From Antedon mediterranea (taxonomy: Eukaryota > Animalia > Echinodermata): a stretch of 64,000 nt of DNA. Where the stretch lies: contig NC_092676.1 of the NCBI RefSeq assembly GCF_964355755.1, forward strand, positions 5,557,888 through 5,621,887. Reading direction: 5' to 3'. This document shows, piece by piece, positions 15,001-30,000 of the stretch. How positions within the stretch are numbered: position 1 is the stretch's first letter; each line of letters opens with the position of its first letter. The translations under genes and the position numbers were made by a program. The notes under the pieces are model-generated. The model made no database searches and had not been told where the DNA came from. It saw nothing but the letters and a program-made list of their open reading frames with translations.

Positions 15001-18000
15001 GACGAAGACAGCAAATCTTTCAAGTCAGCTTGTGAAAAATGGAGGAAGCTGTTCACGTTGTCTGAAGATGAAAAATTAGTTAATTGTAAGTTAATTTTTT
15101 ACTAATAATGATAGTAATGATAATGAATAAATAATTTTTTTTAAAATAAAATGGTGGTAAAAACTCATTGTGATGATAAGTGTAATGATAATGAACTAAA
15201 GATGATGATAATGATGATGATGAATGATAATAACAATGATAATGATGATAACCATGATAATGATAATGATTTGTTTGTTTTATCTTTATACTGGGTGACC
15301 TCTTCAGTCAAAGACTGATCTCCCAGAGGGCCCAGTTGGTGATCAGTGGCTGTGATGTACTAATACACCGGGGTAACCCCCTACTCGTCTCGAAAGATGT
15401 ACTAGGTTCTTTAAAGTGCACACGAGCAAGTTGTGTACACTGGACCTACGGTTTATAGTCCTTCTCCGAGAAGACTCGTTCTACCACCAGAACCATGGAG
15501 TGAGTGAGCCTCGAAACCCTGCCGATGTTATGGCTATGTGATTACGGTTCCACTGTCTTAACCGCTCGGCCACTCACTCCCACAATGATGATGATAATGA
15601 TAACAATGATGATGATAATAACAATGATGATGATGATAACAATGATGATGATAATAACAATGATGATGATGATAACAATGATGATGATAATAACAATGAT
15701 GATGATGATAACAATGATGATGATAATAACAATGATGATGATGATAACAATGATGATGATAATAACAATGATGATAATGATAACAATGATGATGATAATA
15801 ACAATGATGATAATGATAACAATGATGATGATAATAACAATGATGATAATGATAACAATGATGATGATAATAACAATGATGATAATGATAACAATGATGA
15901 TGATAATAACAATGATGATGATAATAACAATGATGATGATGATAACAATGATGATGATGATAACAATGATGATGATAATAACAATGATGATAATGATAAC
16001 AATGATGATGATAATAACAATGATGATAATGATAACAATGATGATGATAATAACAATGATGATGATAATAACAATGATGGTGATAATAACAATGATGATA
16101 ACAATGATAATAAGGATGATAACAATGATAATATTAATAATGAAGATAATGATGATAACAATGATAATGATGATAACAATGATAATGATGATAACAATGC
16201 TTATAATGATGATATCAAATTATTTTTATGGGTATGGATATTCTCATTCATCTATGCAGAGTATTAAAAGTATAAAATAATAAATCTAGTCTAGACTTAC
16301 TTGTTGATAATTAATAGACATAATTGTGACATTTCACTACCTTGGTCGGATGATGGAATTGTGTGGAAAAGTTTATTTTAGTTTCATTTTATGTACAAAA
16401 AAGAAAAATGATAATTTTGTTTGTTTATTTACAGATTATTCATGTAGTTACTGGAAAGGTAAAATGCCACATCGTGGTTGGCTGTACCTGAGTGTGAATC
16501 ATCTTTGTTTTTACTCCTTTCTCATGGGCACTGAAAGCCGTTTGCAGATGAGATGGACAGACGTTACAGTGAGTATGTTTACATTGCTGTAATGCTAGGC
16601 CTTTGAGGCTGTTACACATTGTTGATACAGTATATATTTTCACGCTGCTGCTCTAGCCCGCTACGTCACACGAGATGACTCATTCATTAGATGAAACCAA
16701 GCAGCAGTATAGTACTACACTTTGACATTTTTGTTAAAATGGAAACTCGACTATAATTTATAGGTACCACCTGTTGAATCCAAAAAACGGCTGGGAAAAG
16801 AGTCTAATGACAAATCCCAAAGCATTTCTGGTATTTATGAGTCCCATGATATTACTATAATTCACTGTCAGATAATCATTGAATTATTATCAAAACAGTC
16901 CATTGAAGTTTTTGTTTGTAATAGGATACTTGAAGTATCTAGGCTTGAAGAAGTGACCCCCAGACTTGACCTTAGCAATTACAATAAGCAAGCAGCGTTT
17001 TTTGTAAGAAATGTTCTTGTTTAATATGGTATTGATTAGTCAATACTGGTGCTCTAATACAAATATGAAATGTGTTTTACAGTTTAGGACAAGAATACTT
17101 GATCTTCATTGCATAACAATCTCTATACATTAATTATTCTGTCATCATCTTGATAACTATCTATCTGAACATTATTATAAACAACATTTGTATAATAAAG
17201 AACTTGGTAAATTATTCGAAAAGATTAAGGGCCAATTTACACAGACAAGCGGTAATGGTAAGCAGAACACTGCTTAGCTTGTCACAATCTCTAAATATCT
17301 TCAGCCCGTCCGCTCTGTGCTTTGTGTAAATAGATTAGATAACATAGATTCTATATGTTTGTTACCATTACCGCTCATCTGTGTAAATTTGCCTTAAGAG
17401 GATTGTCTGTATATGTGCTAATCTGGGCTACACTCTTTGAGTCTATTGAGCTTAACTGTATTTCACAATGAGCTTATATAGATTGGCTAGAGGGTAGACT
17501 CCAAAAAGTGATTCTTCGTGGAGCGAGAACCCAACAATGTGGTCGCTCTAATTGACCATTTGATATTTCATGTCAGTCATGCCCCTTATAACCTATTTAA
17601 ATTGTTATAAAATGCTTTTGTTTTTATATTCACAGAAACAATAATTCTGTTCAATAAATGCTATTTAAATAAATGCTTTTTTTCACAGCGCTTGGAACGT
17701 AGCAATTCAGTCCTGTTTTCGGACAGCATTAAAATTTCAACGCGTAATACAAATTATATATTCTCAATGTTCATCAGTCCGCAAGAAGCTCATCGGTTGA
17801 TGGAACAGTTAGCGAACTTAGCGATGACTCAGTTACTGTCAGAAGAAGGCTTCGAGGAAGATCACAGTTTGCGAAATAGAGCTAAGTAAGTCTTGCAACG
17901 AACATATGTAAATTGATGCATTTGACCTTTAAACTTTACCACATACCACAGTATGTTAAATCTAACAAATGAAAGAGTCATGAGTTACAACCCTGGGACT

Positions 18001-21000
18001 AGGTCAGGATTGAACCCTGGACCTTGAGATTGGAAGGCAAGCACGTTAACCGCCACTTTTGATATTGTACATTAAATAATCTGTCTTGTGTAATATTTTT
18101 ATTTCGCAGAAAGAAAAAGTCTGTTTCAAATTTAAAACGTGATCTTGATGCTAGAGCCAGGAGTGAGGCCTACAGGTTTGTAAATAAAATATTAAAAATT
18201 ATTTCATTAATATAAATTAATTATGATATTATAATATAGATATTTATTTTATGCACATACTGGGATGTCAACATCAACATTTTGTATGATGTGCTTCCCA
18301 GTGTGTGTAAACTTGTGAGTTTTGCTAGCCAATTTCAAAGGTGTATTAAAATCTTGTCTACACTATCAAACTTTATGTGACAAAAAAATGTGATGTGCTC
18401 ATATGGACATGATGATGTCATATCACTACCATATTTGGGTATATCACTACCATATTTGGGCACATCACACTTTTTGTGTCAAACTTGTTTGATATTGTAG
18501 ACAATGCTTCAGAGACCATCAATGAGTACCACCTGTTGGTCCCATCCTTCACTAAGTATGTGTTATTTCTATTTCTTTGTATGTAAATTTTAGTGAGAAG
18601 TTGAATAAATACAATTTTACAAATATGTTTTCTCACTTTTCTAGACAAGTTTTCCGTCTTCCAGCCACGGAGAAGTTAGATGGAGATACTGAATGTACAC
18701 TATGGACACCATACAATAAAACACATGTTATGGGAAAGCTGTACATCTCACAAAACTACATGTGCTTTTCTAGTAGAGTAAGTAATTATAACTTGTAAAA
18801 AGTAAACAAAAATATTGTTGTGTGGAAAAAAAACTTATTATTAGAGCCTGTTTCTGCTGTAAAAAAAAGTGGTTTTTATAACAATTTGTTTCTGCCAAAA
18901 TTGATTGTAAAAAAAAACTGTTGAAATTTGAAAAAAAAATATGTTACATTTAAAGATGTATTGTCCCCCAAAAAATTGAAAAATAATTATTAATAAAATC
19001 AGATTTCGAATAGGCCATTTTGCAGTTTTAATCAAGTTATTCACTTATGTAGAAAAAAACTTTATAAAAAGACAAAAGAAACAGTTAATCTTAACCAAAA
19101 ACCATTCAAGTAATTTTTGCTTTAAATTACATTATTTTTCAGGGAAATCAATTTTTTTTGTCGATTTTGGTCATTATCAATAATTATTATGTGACATTAA
19201 AATGGCATATTCAGGAAAAAAAAAATAAAATTCTTAGTGGGACAATATATCTTTAATATTAGGGCCTGGTTCTGTTGGTAAAAAAAAATTTTTTTTCTGC
19301 CACTAGGATGATGACCTACTTATAATGACGTCAAACAAAATGTTTTTCCATTTCAATAAAATTGAAATATAAAAAAAACTGTTGACATTTGAAAAAAAAA
19401 ACTGTTACATTTAATATTTCATGTTTCTTATTGCAGGTGAAAGATCTTGCGAGAGTTGTTATACCGATGAGAGAAATATCTGTAGTTGAGAAAGTAGAAA
19501 ACTCTTCACTAATTCACAATGGGATACATATCACCACGAAAGGAAAGGTAATCATGTCTGGTTAGCGTTATTTTATCTAGAAAGTGAAATCTAAGAATGA
19601 AATCAATTATATGTTTGAACAAATGGCGCTTTTAGACGGATATTTTAATGTATATAATGTTTATACAGATGTTATTTGATTTAAAATGTTCTGTGATGCA
19701 CGCAAGTCAATGATTTTTAGTTAAAAGCAACTTGTATCTATTTGTGTCTGAATGATGTTAAGCTCTGTCTACAATATCAAACTAGTTTGACAAAAAAAGT
19801 GTGATTTACCCAAGTATGGTAGTGATATACCGAAATATGGTAGGTACCCAAATATGGTAGTGATATACCCAAATATGGTAGTGATATACCCAAATATGGT
19901 AGTGATATACCCAAATATGGTAGTGATATGGCATCATCATGTCCATAAATGGGCACATCACTTTCTTTTGTCACACAAAGTTTAATAGTGTAGACAGAGA
20001 TATTATAATGAATATTTATGAATGGAATAGATAGAATACTTTGTTTCTTAATTCTCCAAATTTTTTAAATTATATTATTTTAAGAAGTATATAAATAGCT
20101 TTACTAAATTTGAATAACATGCTTTTGTTGTTTTATTTTGGTAGATGACAATTCTTCTCGCTTCTTTAAAAGATCGTAATTTTCTTGTTCAACTCATCTC
20201 AGATTTCCTATCAAAATGTAGCGAGAATACCAGGTAATTATATAAAAAATGTGTTTTATTTTTCTTTTTAAACCTTACTTGTTCATTAGAAGATTTTTGC
20301 CTAGTCATGGTAGTCAACAGTAGTTGAGAACAGGTCAAGGATGTTTGGAAACGGGGGAAGGGTTAACAGAGCATACTACACCAGGTATGCTAGTAGCAAG
20401 GGAATATTTATTGGGTGCATAAAGCCTTGTCTACACTATCAAACTTTATGTGACAAAAAATGGGATGTGCCCATATATGGACATGATGATGTCATACCAC
20501 TACTACATTTGGGCATATCACACTTTTTTGTTACATAAAGTTTGATAGCGTAGACAGAGCTAAGGCCACAGTAAATAAGCTGACAAATCATGATCCTAAA
20601 GCTCTGTCTACACTATCAAACTAGTTTGACAAGAAAATGTGATGTGCCCATATATGGACATGATGATGTTATATCAATACTATATTTAGGCATATCACTA
20701 CCATATTTGGGCACATCACATTTTTTTGATGATAAAGTTTAATAGTGTAGACAGAGCTTAACTCCTGCTTGTGGTTGATCAATAACTGTTGTGTTGCATT
20801 ATTTCTAGGACCAGTAGTGGTGATAACATTTCCAACAGTTCATCTGGAAGTGAGAGCCAGCAGGAGGCTCAGACTAAGAGCCTGTCACAACTGAGTGCTA
20901 GCCTGGGTAACATGGGCAGTACAGCCACTGCCAGGCCGGGTAAGATACTCTATCTCAATGCACACATATAGCTTTGTTTATTTTAATAGTATACTAATAG

Positions 21001-24000
21001 TACAATAGTTAATTTATGCAAAAAATAATGTGCGACTAACCGTAATAAGGAGCTTTGTTTTGCTGCAACCAATGTATTGATGTGTCTCCTACTGATCGTC
21101 ACCTTTATCTAGATAAACTGTTTCTTAGAATTGGAGCGAGGAAGCACCTCTAACCACATGTAATGCGCACAATATATTAACATGAAGAAGCTACATGCAC
21201 ACATGCATACATAGTTGTTTCATCATGTTTGTAGTATACAAACCTATGAGGGTTATTTATAGGCTAAAGTTAACTTTGCAGATAACTAAAATAACAATCA
21301 AACATTTATCAATCAATTGATAAGAGCTAGCTTTACTAATAAACATAAGCTAAAATATATTTATATTATCAAATGTTTACTGAAAATCAGTAATTATTTT
21401 TAATAATCTAAAGCTCTGTCTACACTATCAAAGCAGTTTGACACAAAAAAAGTGTGATGTTCCCAAATATGGTAGTGATACACCCAAATATGGTAGTGAT
21501 ATCACATCATTTCCATATATGGGCACATCAAATGTTTTGGTTACATAAATTTAATAGTGTAGACAGAGCTTAATATTCTTGTTGAAAGCTTTTAAAGAAA
21601 ATGGTTGTAATTGTATTAATCAACAATTTATTATTGTATTGTTTTACTTTATTACCTTAAACCAACAGAAGAGTTATATCCCTACTATTACACAACGCCC
21701 CTAATGTGTGATGATATGTGTAAGTCATAATACTATATTAATTTCTGGATGTATTTTGGTGACTGTACATTTGTGCTTAATGAATGTAATTTACTATCAA
21801 GTTTGTACTTTTCATAATTTTGGGTTTGTTTTTTTTTCCGTTTTTTTATTGTCGTCAAATTTATTTTATGCTATAAACATATCAATATTTTCTGTGTATT
21901 TTTGGTGATTTCATTTGATTTCATTTTTTTTTATTCAATATAATAAACTAAAAAATTAGACATATATGAGGAGACTCTGAACCTTCTGCTGTACAAACTA
22001 AGTCAGAAGGCAGACAAAATTGTATGACGAAGCCCGACGAAATGTCTTGACTGTCATAGTCAGAGCATCGTGCACTAATTTTAGGTCAAACTTTAAACAT
22101 GCTTAATTTTCTCCCGACAAGACAACTCATCAGGCCTTGTCGTAAACAATGTTTATAATAGTACATCATATTTGAATGGGAATGCCACAAATTAGCACAG
22201 TGATTACATTTATTTTTATATTATATAAACACCTAATATATAACACCTAAATATATTCCTGTCATTTGATTGGACGATTGTGCATCACATGACATGCAAT
22301 AGTACGCACTATTTAATGATCGTTAAATAGTACTTTTTTCTCTATTATAAATTAGTGATTACATTTATTTTTATATTAATCCATTCACTAATTCATTATT
22401 AATATTTCTATGCATGCCCATGTATTTCATGTGTTTTTATATTACCTTAGAGTCTGCTGCAAACTGTTTGTATTTTCTAACTATGGGTATTGAAGAGTTT
22501 TCTGACTCTGAAGGTAGCTTGAACCCATATTTTATTAACGTCATGTGCTTTCACATTCTACCATTTTATTCTTTTTTTTAATTTTACATTGCTTCATTTC
22601 ATATTGATTGATGTGTTTAAAATGAACCATATTATAACCCAACTACTCGCTTTAAAAATATATTTTTGGTTATAAGAAAAAATAAAACCTTATTATAGCT
22701 CTTTCTACACTATCAAACTAGTTTGACAAAACAGTTGGGTGTGCCCAAATATGCTAGTGAAATGACATCATCATGTCTGACAGTGTAGACAGAGCTTTAG
22801 AAATGGTTTTGTTGATGAGAAATGGAAGGATCGAAAGGTCTAAAGCTATGTCTACACTATTATGTGACAAATTTATGTGATATGCCCATATATGGTCATG
22901 ATGATGTAATATCACTACCATATGTGGGCATATCACTACCATATTTGGGCACATTGCATTTTGCTTTAGGAAAATGAGAGAAATGGAAGGAACGAAAGGT
23001 CTAAAGCTATGTCTACACTATTATGTGACAAATTTATGTGATGTGCACATATATGGTCATGATGATGTAATATCACTACCATATTAGAGCATATCACTAC
23101 CATATTTGGGCATATCACTACCATATTTGGGCAAATGAGAGAAATGGAAGGAACGAAAAGTCTAAAGCTATGTCTACACTATTATGTGACAAATTTATGT
23201 GATGTGCCCATATATGGTCATGATGATGTTATATCACTACCATATTTGGGCATATCACTACCATATTTGGGCATATCACTACCATATTTGGGCAAATGAG
23301 AGAAATGGAAGGAACGAAAAGTCTAAAGCTATGTCTACACTATTATGTGACAAATTTATGTGATGTGCCCATATATGGTCATGATGATGTAATATCACTA
23401 CCATATGTGGGCATATCACTACCATATTTGGGCACATTGCATTTTGCTTTAGGAAAATGAGAGAAATGGAAGGAACGTAAAGTATAAAATAAAGTAATTA
23501 ATAAATAAACAAAAGTGATAACCTTAAATGATGATGAAAGAGACTAGTAATATAATTGAAGATAACAATTCATTTTCTGCATGTTTTTTTATACCAGATG
23601 ATAATGCATCGAGTATACCATCCGATGTCAAACTATCAATACAGTTGCAACCGGCGCTGATTACAGTCTTCAATGACAGGAATGAAGATGGCGTGTCACC
23701 GAAAGAGAAGATTAAGGAACATCTATGGAGTGTACATTTTAAGGAATATGGAAGGTATATGATGTAACCATTTTTTTTCTGAATTAAATAGAAGGCTTTT
23801 GAAGGCATGCAAGAGCAATCTCACAACTAGTACACACATAAATTGCCATTTACAGCATACTATTACTATTTAATGAACTCCTACACAGATACAAACAGCA
23901 CACCTACAGAACCCCTGAGGATTGATGCATACTACTTATAATTTTAAAAGGGCAAAACCTGAATCCAGTTGATTGGTTGTAATGCCAGTGTCTTAAAATA

Positions 24001-27000
24001 CTAATGTAAAATTGTTTAGGGATTGCAAACTTTGTGATCAGTGGCATAACGTAGAGACCATAGGCCCCTTAAGAACCCTAAGTGGCCCTCCAATGCTCTG
24101 GAGACCTCAGGTGTTTTTAGCCCTTTTCAACATATTATTTTAATGCCTGTTTTTTCCTCTGGGCACTGCTTAGGAGCTCCAAGCTTAGCTCCAGGGCCCC
24201 GAGTTTAACCAGTGAACGCTCCTAGCTGTTGTTTGGAATGCATTCAAAATGTTATTTTTGTGTATTTGTTTCAGGGGTATATGTATGTACAGAACTGTAG
24301 AAACACAGGAACTAATTATCAAAGGCATTCCAGAAAGTCTGAAAGGAGAAATATGGATGTTATTCTCAGGGGCTATTAACGAGGTAAACTTGAAGTCAAG
24401 AAAATCAAAAATTCAAAGTAGAGAACTTTAGATTTTTGATGACCTAGGAACAACTTAGGTCATGTCAATTGATGTGTCATATGTTTGGACCTAGAAACTA
24501 CCAAAAATTGTGTTAACGTCTAAGTGAGGAATCGTCCTTCCCAGCATGCACACAATGAATAAACATGACTTAATTTAGGTCGTTCATTGTCTGTCATCAC
24601 AAATCATAAGCTCCCTATTTGATACACAGATGAGAACTTAGGTCATGTCAAATTGCGATGAAAAAGTAAACAGTTTATCCATCCTGTAATTGGCAAATTT
24701 ATGCTCGCTGTTGCATGCGAACAAATTGCCATGAAAAAATAAAACTTTTTTTTCATAATTAGATGGCTACACATCCTGGCTATTATTTATCACTAGTGGA
24801 GCAGAGTTTAGGCAAAGAGAATATAGCAACGGAAGAGATTGAGCGTGACCTGCACAGGTCACTACCGGAGCATCCTGCATTTCAATCAGAGTTGGGAATT
24901 GCTGCTCTAAGACGCGTCTTAACAGCTTATGCCTTCAGGAATCCAACTATAGGTAATATATTAATTATATTTATATAATATAATGTTTGTATAATATTTA
25001 ATTATTCTTGTAGTCTTTATTTAAGTTGATTGTTAAGGATACTGTAGCAGATTGTGTGGGGGAAATAGGATTTGAACAACACCACTTAATTGGGTATATA
25101 AAATACATAAGTATACAATATTATAGATAGATTTTGTATCAGACAAAGATGAATATCAAAAATGCAGTAAAGTTAAAGTAAAAGCATATTTCTTTAAAGC
25201 TCAGGTAGAGGCATGAATTTTAAATATAATATTTGGTTAAAAATTAATTGTACATAAATCAAATATTTGTAACAGAAATCGAGACGAAAAAACATGAATT
25301 TCCCTTAATATGGTCAAATACAAAATTTGGCAAAATTCATAAAAACCAGGAAGACTTTTTTTCAGTAGTTAGGTAGTTAACCTAATGTAATAACATGTCT
25401 GGTGATTCCCTAGACAGTGAAAAAAGATGGTGGATATACGGTGGATAATTTTTGCTATAGCATGAAAATAAAAATCTGAAGTTGAATAAAAATATTAGAA
25501 ATGTAATATTCAAGTTATATTACCTATATTTAGTCATCTGATAACATTTTTTACCACACCATTTATTTTTCATAGCTTTTTAAAATGCCTCTCTATTTAC
25601 AAAATTTGTGTACAAAAGAATAGAGATTTTACTGTGTAATTTGAACTATCCCCCCACTGATAAGAAAGGGCTTATTTCAACAAGCTCGTGTAACACACAT
25701 AAAATCCCAAAAATTATGAAACATAGGGGAAACTATAGATCGATAATTATTGGAATGTATGATCAATAGAAATTTTTTGCCCGCACCTGGCCTTTAATGA
25801 ACAGGCCCTCTTGCTGACCTGTGTCTGTTCACCTTCATACCAAAACTAAACTTAAAACATATCATCTTAAATATTTAAAAAACCCACCCTGACTTCTGAT
25901 TGGCCAACAATAATCCAAGTAGTTTGATAAATTAGCCTTTTTCAAAAATTGAGACAAAATTACCGTTAACTTTGTCTGGGGCTTTTTTCTAGGCCACATG
26001 GTACCATATGATATGTGTAACTGTAAGAGGAGTAACTGGATAATAACCTCTATAGTATGAGTTATTATCACAATATTGTTTCAATTTATAGGTTATTGCC
26101 AAGCAATGAACATAGTAACGTCTGTGTTACTCCTGTATGCAAATGAGGAGGAGGCATTCTGGTTGCTTGTTGCTATATGTGAGCGTCTTCTACCAGATTA
26201 CTACAACACGCGTGTAGTAGGTGCTCTTATTGATCAAGGTATGGACTCAATTTATGAAAAATTAAATGGGGGAATGGTCAATGAAGTTATTTTTAGATCA
26301 TAATTTAATTTTTTTTTTTTTGCAGGTGTGTTTGAAGCTTTAACCAAAGAATATTTGCCGCAACTTTATGACCAAATGAAGGACTTAGGAATATTGAGTA
26401 TGATTTCACTGTCATGGTTCTTAACAATATTCCTAAGGTAAATAGTTTCATTAACACTTTGACTGCCAAACACGAAGATCTTCGTTTTTGGAAACACAAC
26501 GCTTGACTGCCAAACACGAAGATCTTCGTTTTTCGCATTTTTTTACGAAATCCGGTAGATAGGTTAATTATTGGTATATACTATAAATATGGACACTATA
26601 TTCGGTCTGGACCGTGAATATTTAACTTTTTGAAAGTAACTAATCTGGTTACGAACGATTGTCTAAATGGTACCTGTCGAAATAACATACACCGCGCATC
26701 ACAGTAGCGCGTACAGCGATGGTTTGGCGCATTGTGTATCGGTCGCGCGCTAGCTATGCCGCCGAAGCATTACAAAGGTTTATGTGGATTGGTATGTTTG
26801 TTTGTTATCTGAATAAAAAATAATGGATGAATTTTCAATATGAAGTCTTTAATTTTATTATTGTATGTATACCATAATTGTTTTGGTGTTTCACTGTAAG
26901 TGGCCGAGTTTCACGCAACAAACTTGTTTAGAAATGGTATAAATATTATCATCAGTTTACTAGCTAGGCTAGTAGTACTAAGCTATAGCCTAGGCCTAGT

Positions 27001-30000
27001 CGTAAAACGGTTCCGGACCAACTTTAGGCCTAGTTAACTTGGCCTGGTGTCTTTACTATGTGGATTTTGGCGAAACATTGATGTAAGATTTATGATTTAT
27101 GAAATGTAATACATTTTTCGATAGTGATAACTTGTTTTTATAGGCCTACCGGTGCCGTGTAAGTAACTTTTTCGTTGTTTGTTTATCTCCCCGGGCGATA
27201 TTTTCATATTGTGATGTCTTGCACAAAATCGCGAATATCTCGACTTTCTTGCGCGAAACTACGAAAAACTCAAAAAGTGAGTTACTTTCATTTTACTATT
27301 ACGATTTACATATAGCGATTTGAAAATCGTTCTTGGTACCATTGTAAAGCTAAAATCTTTATGAATATTTTAGTCTAAATTACATGTAAATCAGATCACA
27401 TACATAGTTTCAATCAGCTTTAATAAAAACATTGAATTGGGCTATAAACGCTGGCGGTGGCAGTTTCTAACTGGAAAAACCTCTGGCAGTCAAAGTGTTA
27501 AAGATGTATTGTCAAAAAGAAAAATCAAATATGAAGATTAAAAAACAGACTTTCACTCTTTTAATAAGTTAATCACTGTAGTAGAAAAAATAATAATGTT
27601 TTATAAAAAGACAAAATAAATGATGATATTTAATCAAAAACCTATTGACTTCTAGACAATTTTACTATGTTTTTGCATTAGATTAAAGTTTTTTCAGTTG
27701 AAAATCTTTTTTTTCCTATTTTTAGTCAAAGTGAACAAAATTTTAAAAAAATTAAAAAAAATTTTAAAAATTATTTTTCAGGGGAACAATATACCTTTAA
27801 ATGTATAAGTTTGTTATGGTTTTTAATGGGGAATAAAGAAATAATAGAAATTGTTTATCTGCCAACTCCATGATCCTGGGTTCAACTCTGTATAAGTGTA
27901 ATAAAGTTCATTTTTTCCTAACACTACTCCATAAACACAATGTTTATAATAGAGTACAACATCATATTTGAATGGGATGCTGCAAATTAGCACAGTTATT
28001 ACATTTATTTTTATAATATATAACACCTAAATAAATTCCTGTCATCCGTTCATGATGTGCAATAGTACGCACTATTTAATAACCGTTAAATAGTACTTTT
28101 TTTTCTCTATTATAAAATCATGTTTTTTTGTTACTGCAGTGTGATGCCCTTTGACAGTGCAGTTAACATCATCGACTGCTTCTTCTTTGACGGTGCCAAG
28201 ATCATCTTCCAGATTGCTCTTGCTGTTCTTGATGCCAACAGTGAGAAGTTGATTGATTGTAAAGATGACGGGCAGGCAATGACCATCCTCAGCCGATATC
28301 TTGAGAATGTTTACAATCATGACGCAACGTTGAGGCAGTCACACGAAGAACGACAAGAAGAGGAGATGAAACAGGTAAGGAACGTCGGTAGAGATATAAA
28401 CTGACAGAAAGCATGAATAAATTGTACAGATTATTACAAAATTAGTCTGAAATTAATGTAAATACCTGTAAGGTTAAATATTGGTGTCATTTTAACCTCC
28501 AGTTATGGAACGGCGCACCACTATTGTTAAAGACCGACAGACAATGAACATATTTTGTCCTTGGTAGCATCCCATACCTGGCAGCTGATATGCATTATAA
28601 CCATCAATCTCCAAACTTTCCAAAAGTTGTTGCATAGTAGAAGTTTTTCAGAAAAAAATGAATCTTTATATTTTAACAAAATATTTGTTTTTAAAGGGAT
28701 AGGAAATGAAGAAGCATTTATACACAAATAGTTACTCTTATTTTGTCTATTTGATGTTTTTATATTATATTTTATTGAGTGAGTGGCCGAGCAGTCAAGA
28801 CAGTCTTTCACCTTAGAGGTCACCCAGTATAAATAAATAATAAAAAAATAAAATCCTCTGATGTCACATGTAAAAATATTGTTTATCAGAACCCCTGCAA
28901 GGAATTAATTATCACACAAAAATTGAATTGTTCATGTATTTATTGCAATTCTTTCTCTCCCAGCAACATAGCAATGACATCACTGATCTGATCCACAAAT
29001 CTTACGTAAACTTTGGATTCCTGACGAACGATACGATCAACAAAATGCGTCTGAATCAGAGGTTAAAGGTCGTGCAAGAACTTGAAGACTCTGCGCGAAG
29101 AACTGTTGTTCGTAGTTTGACCCCTGAATCAAACTTTAGTCAACGTGAACTTGAAGAGCTGTACTTGTTGTTCAAGGTTTGTTTATTGTTTAAAGATTTG
29201 CAATGAGATATTAATTCTGTGACTGTTGTCTGCCCTAAAACAATCACTTTCACACCATTTTCCGTACATCGGGTCATCTCTACTTAAATCTATTAAAAAT
29301 GTTGCCTTTCTCTCTAACCGTATAAACTTTTTTATGTAGAATTTAGTCATATATGTTTTATTCTCAACATAATGTTTTTTTATTGGTTTTCATGAATTTT
29401 AACTTTTGTACTGTTGATATTGGCGTAAATTTTAAGCTGGGACTTCTGGCTTACCAGCTATATAGCTTCATTGTCTCTTGAGAAGCCCCAGACGTTGTTT
29501 GTCAAAACAAATAATTAAAATAAAAAGAAGTTGGCGTTTCTCAATTCACACTTTGTGAAATGCATCGGTGAACAACAACTGAATATTTTTCCTGTTCTTT
29601 TAAGGAGGAACATATGACCGGTTCGTTTCTGAGTGCATCTCCAGCCCTAGACCAGACACATCATTTCCTAAGCCAGTACAAGATAGATGAAGACAAGTTT
29701 ATTCCGTTGGTACTTGCCTTGTCGCCATGGTCTGGTGGGGAGCATGCTGAATTGTTGGCTAGGAGAGCATTCAGGGTAAGAATTTCTATTGATTTACCAA
29801 ATGGAAGCATAGCCTTGGAGACATTGTTTAACAATTATGTTTTTACTCAGGGTAAACTTGAGGTACCCGAGTCTAGTACTTTCTCATCTTTTTCTTCCAT
29901 CTGGACACCATTGAGTAAAAAGTGCGATTTATAAAGTAGTACTCCTCCTTTATTCGTTGTAGTATTGAGCTGGGATTTAGCATGAATATACTACAGGGAC

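Noticed and set aside
15504-16280. 258-aa poly-Met/Ile ORF and antisense 207-aa poly-Ser/Leu ORF
   Set aside because: Artefacts of a stop-free trinucleotide microsatellite inside an intron
17992-18057. tRNA-Gly(TCC) gene
   Set aside because: Only the anticodon and T arms resemble tRNA; no acceptor stem; better explained as a SINE head
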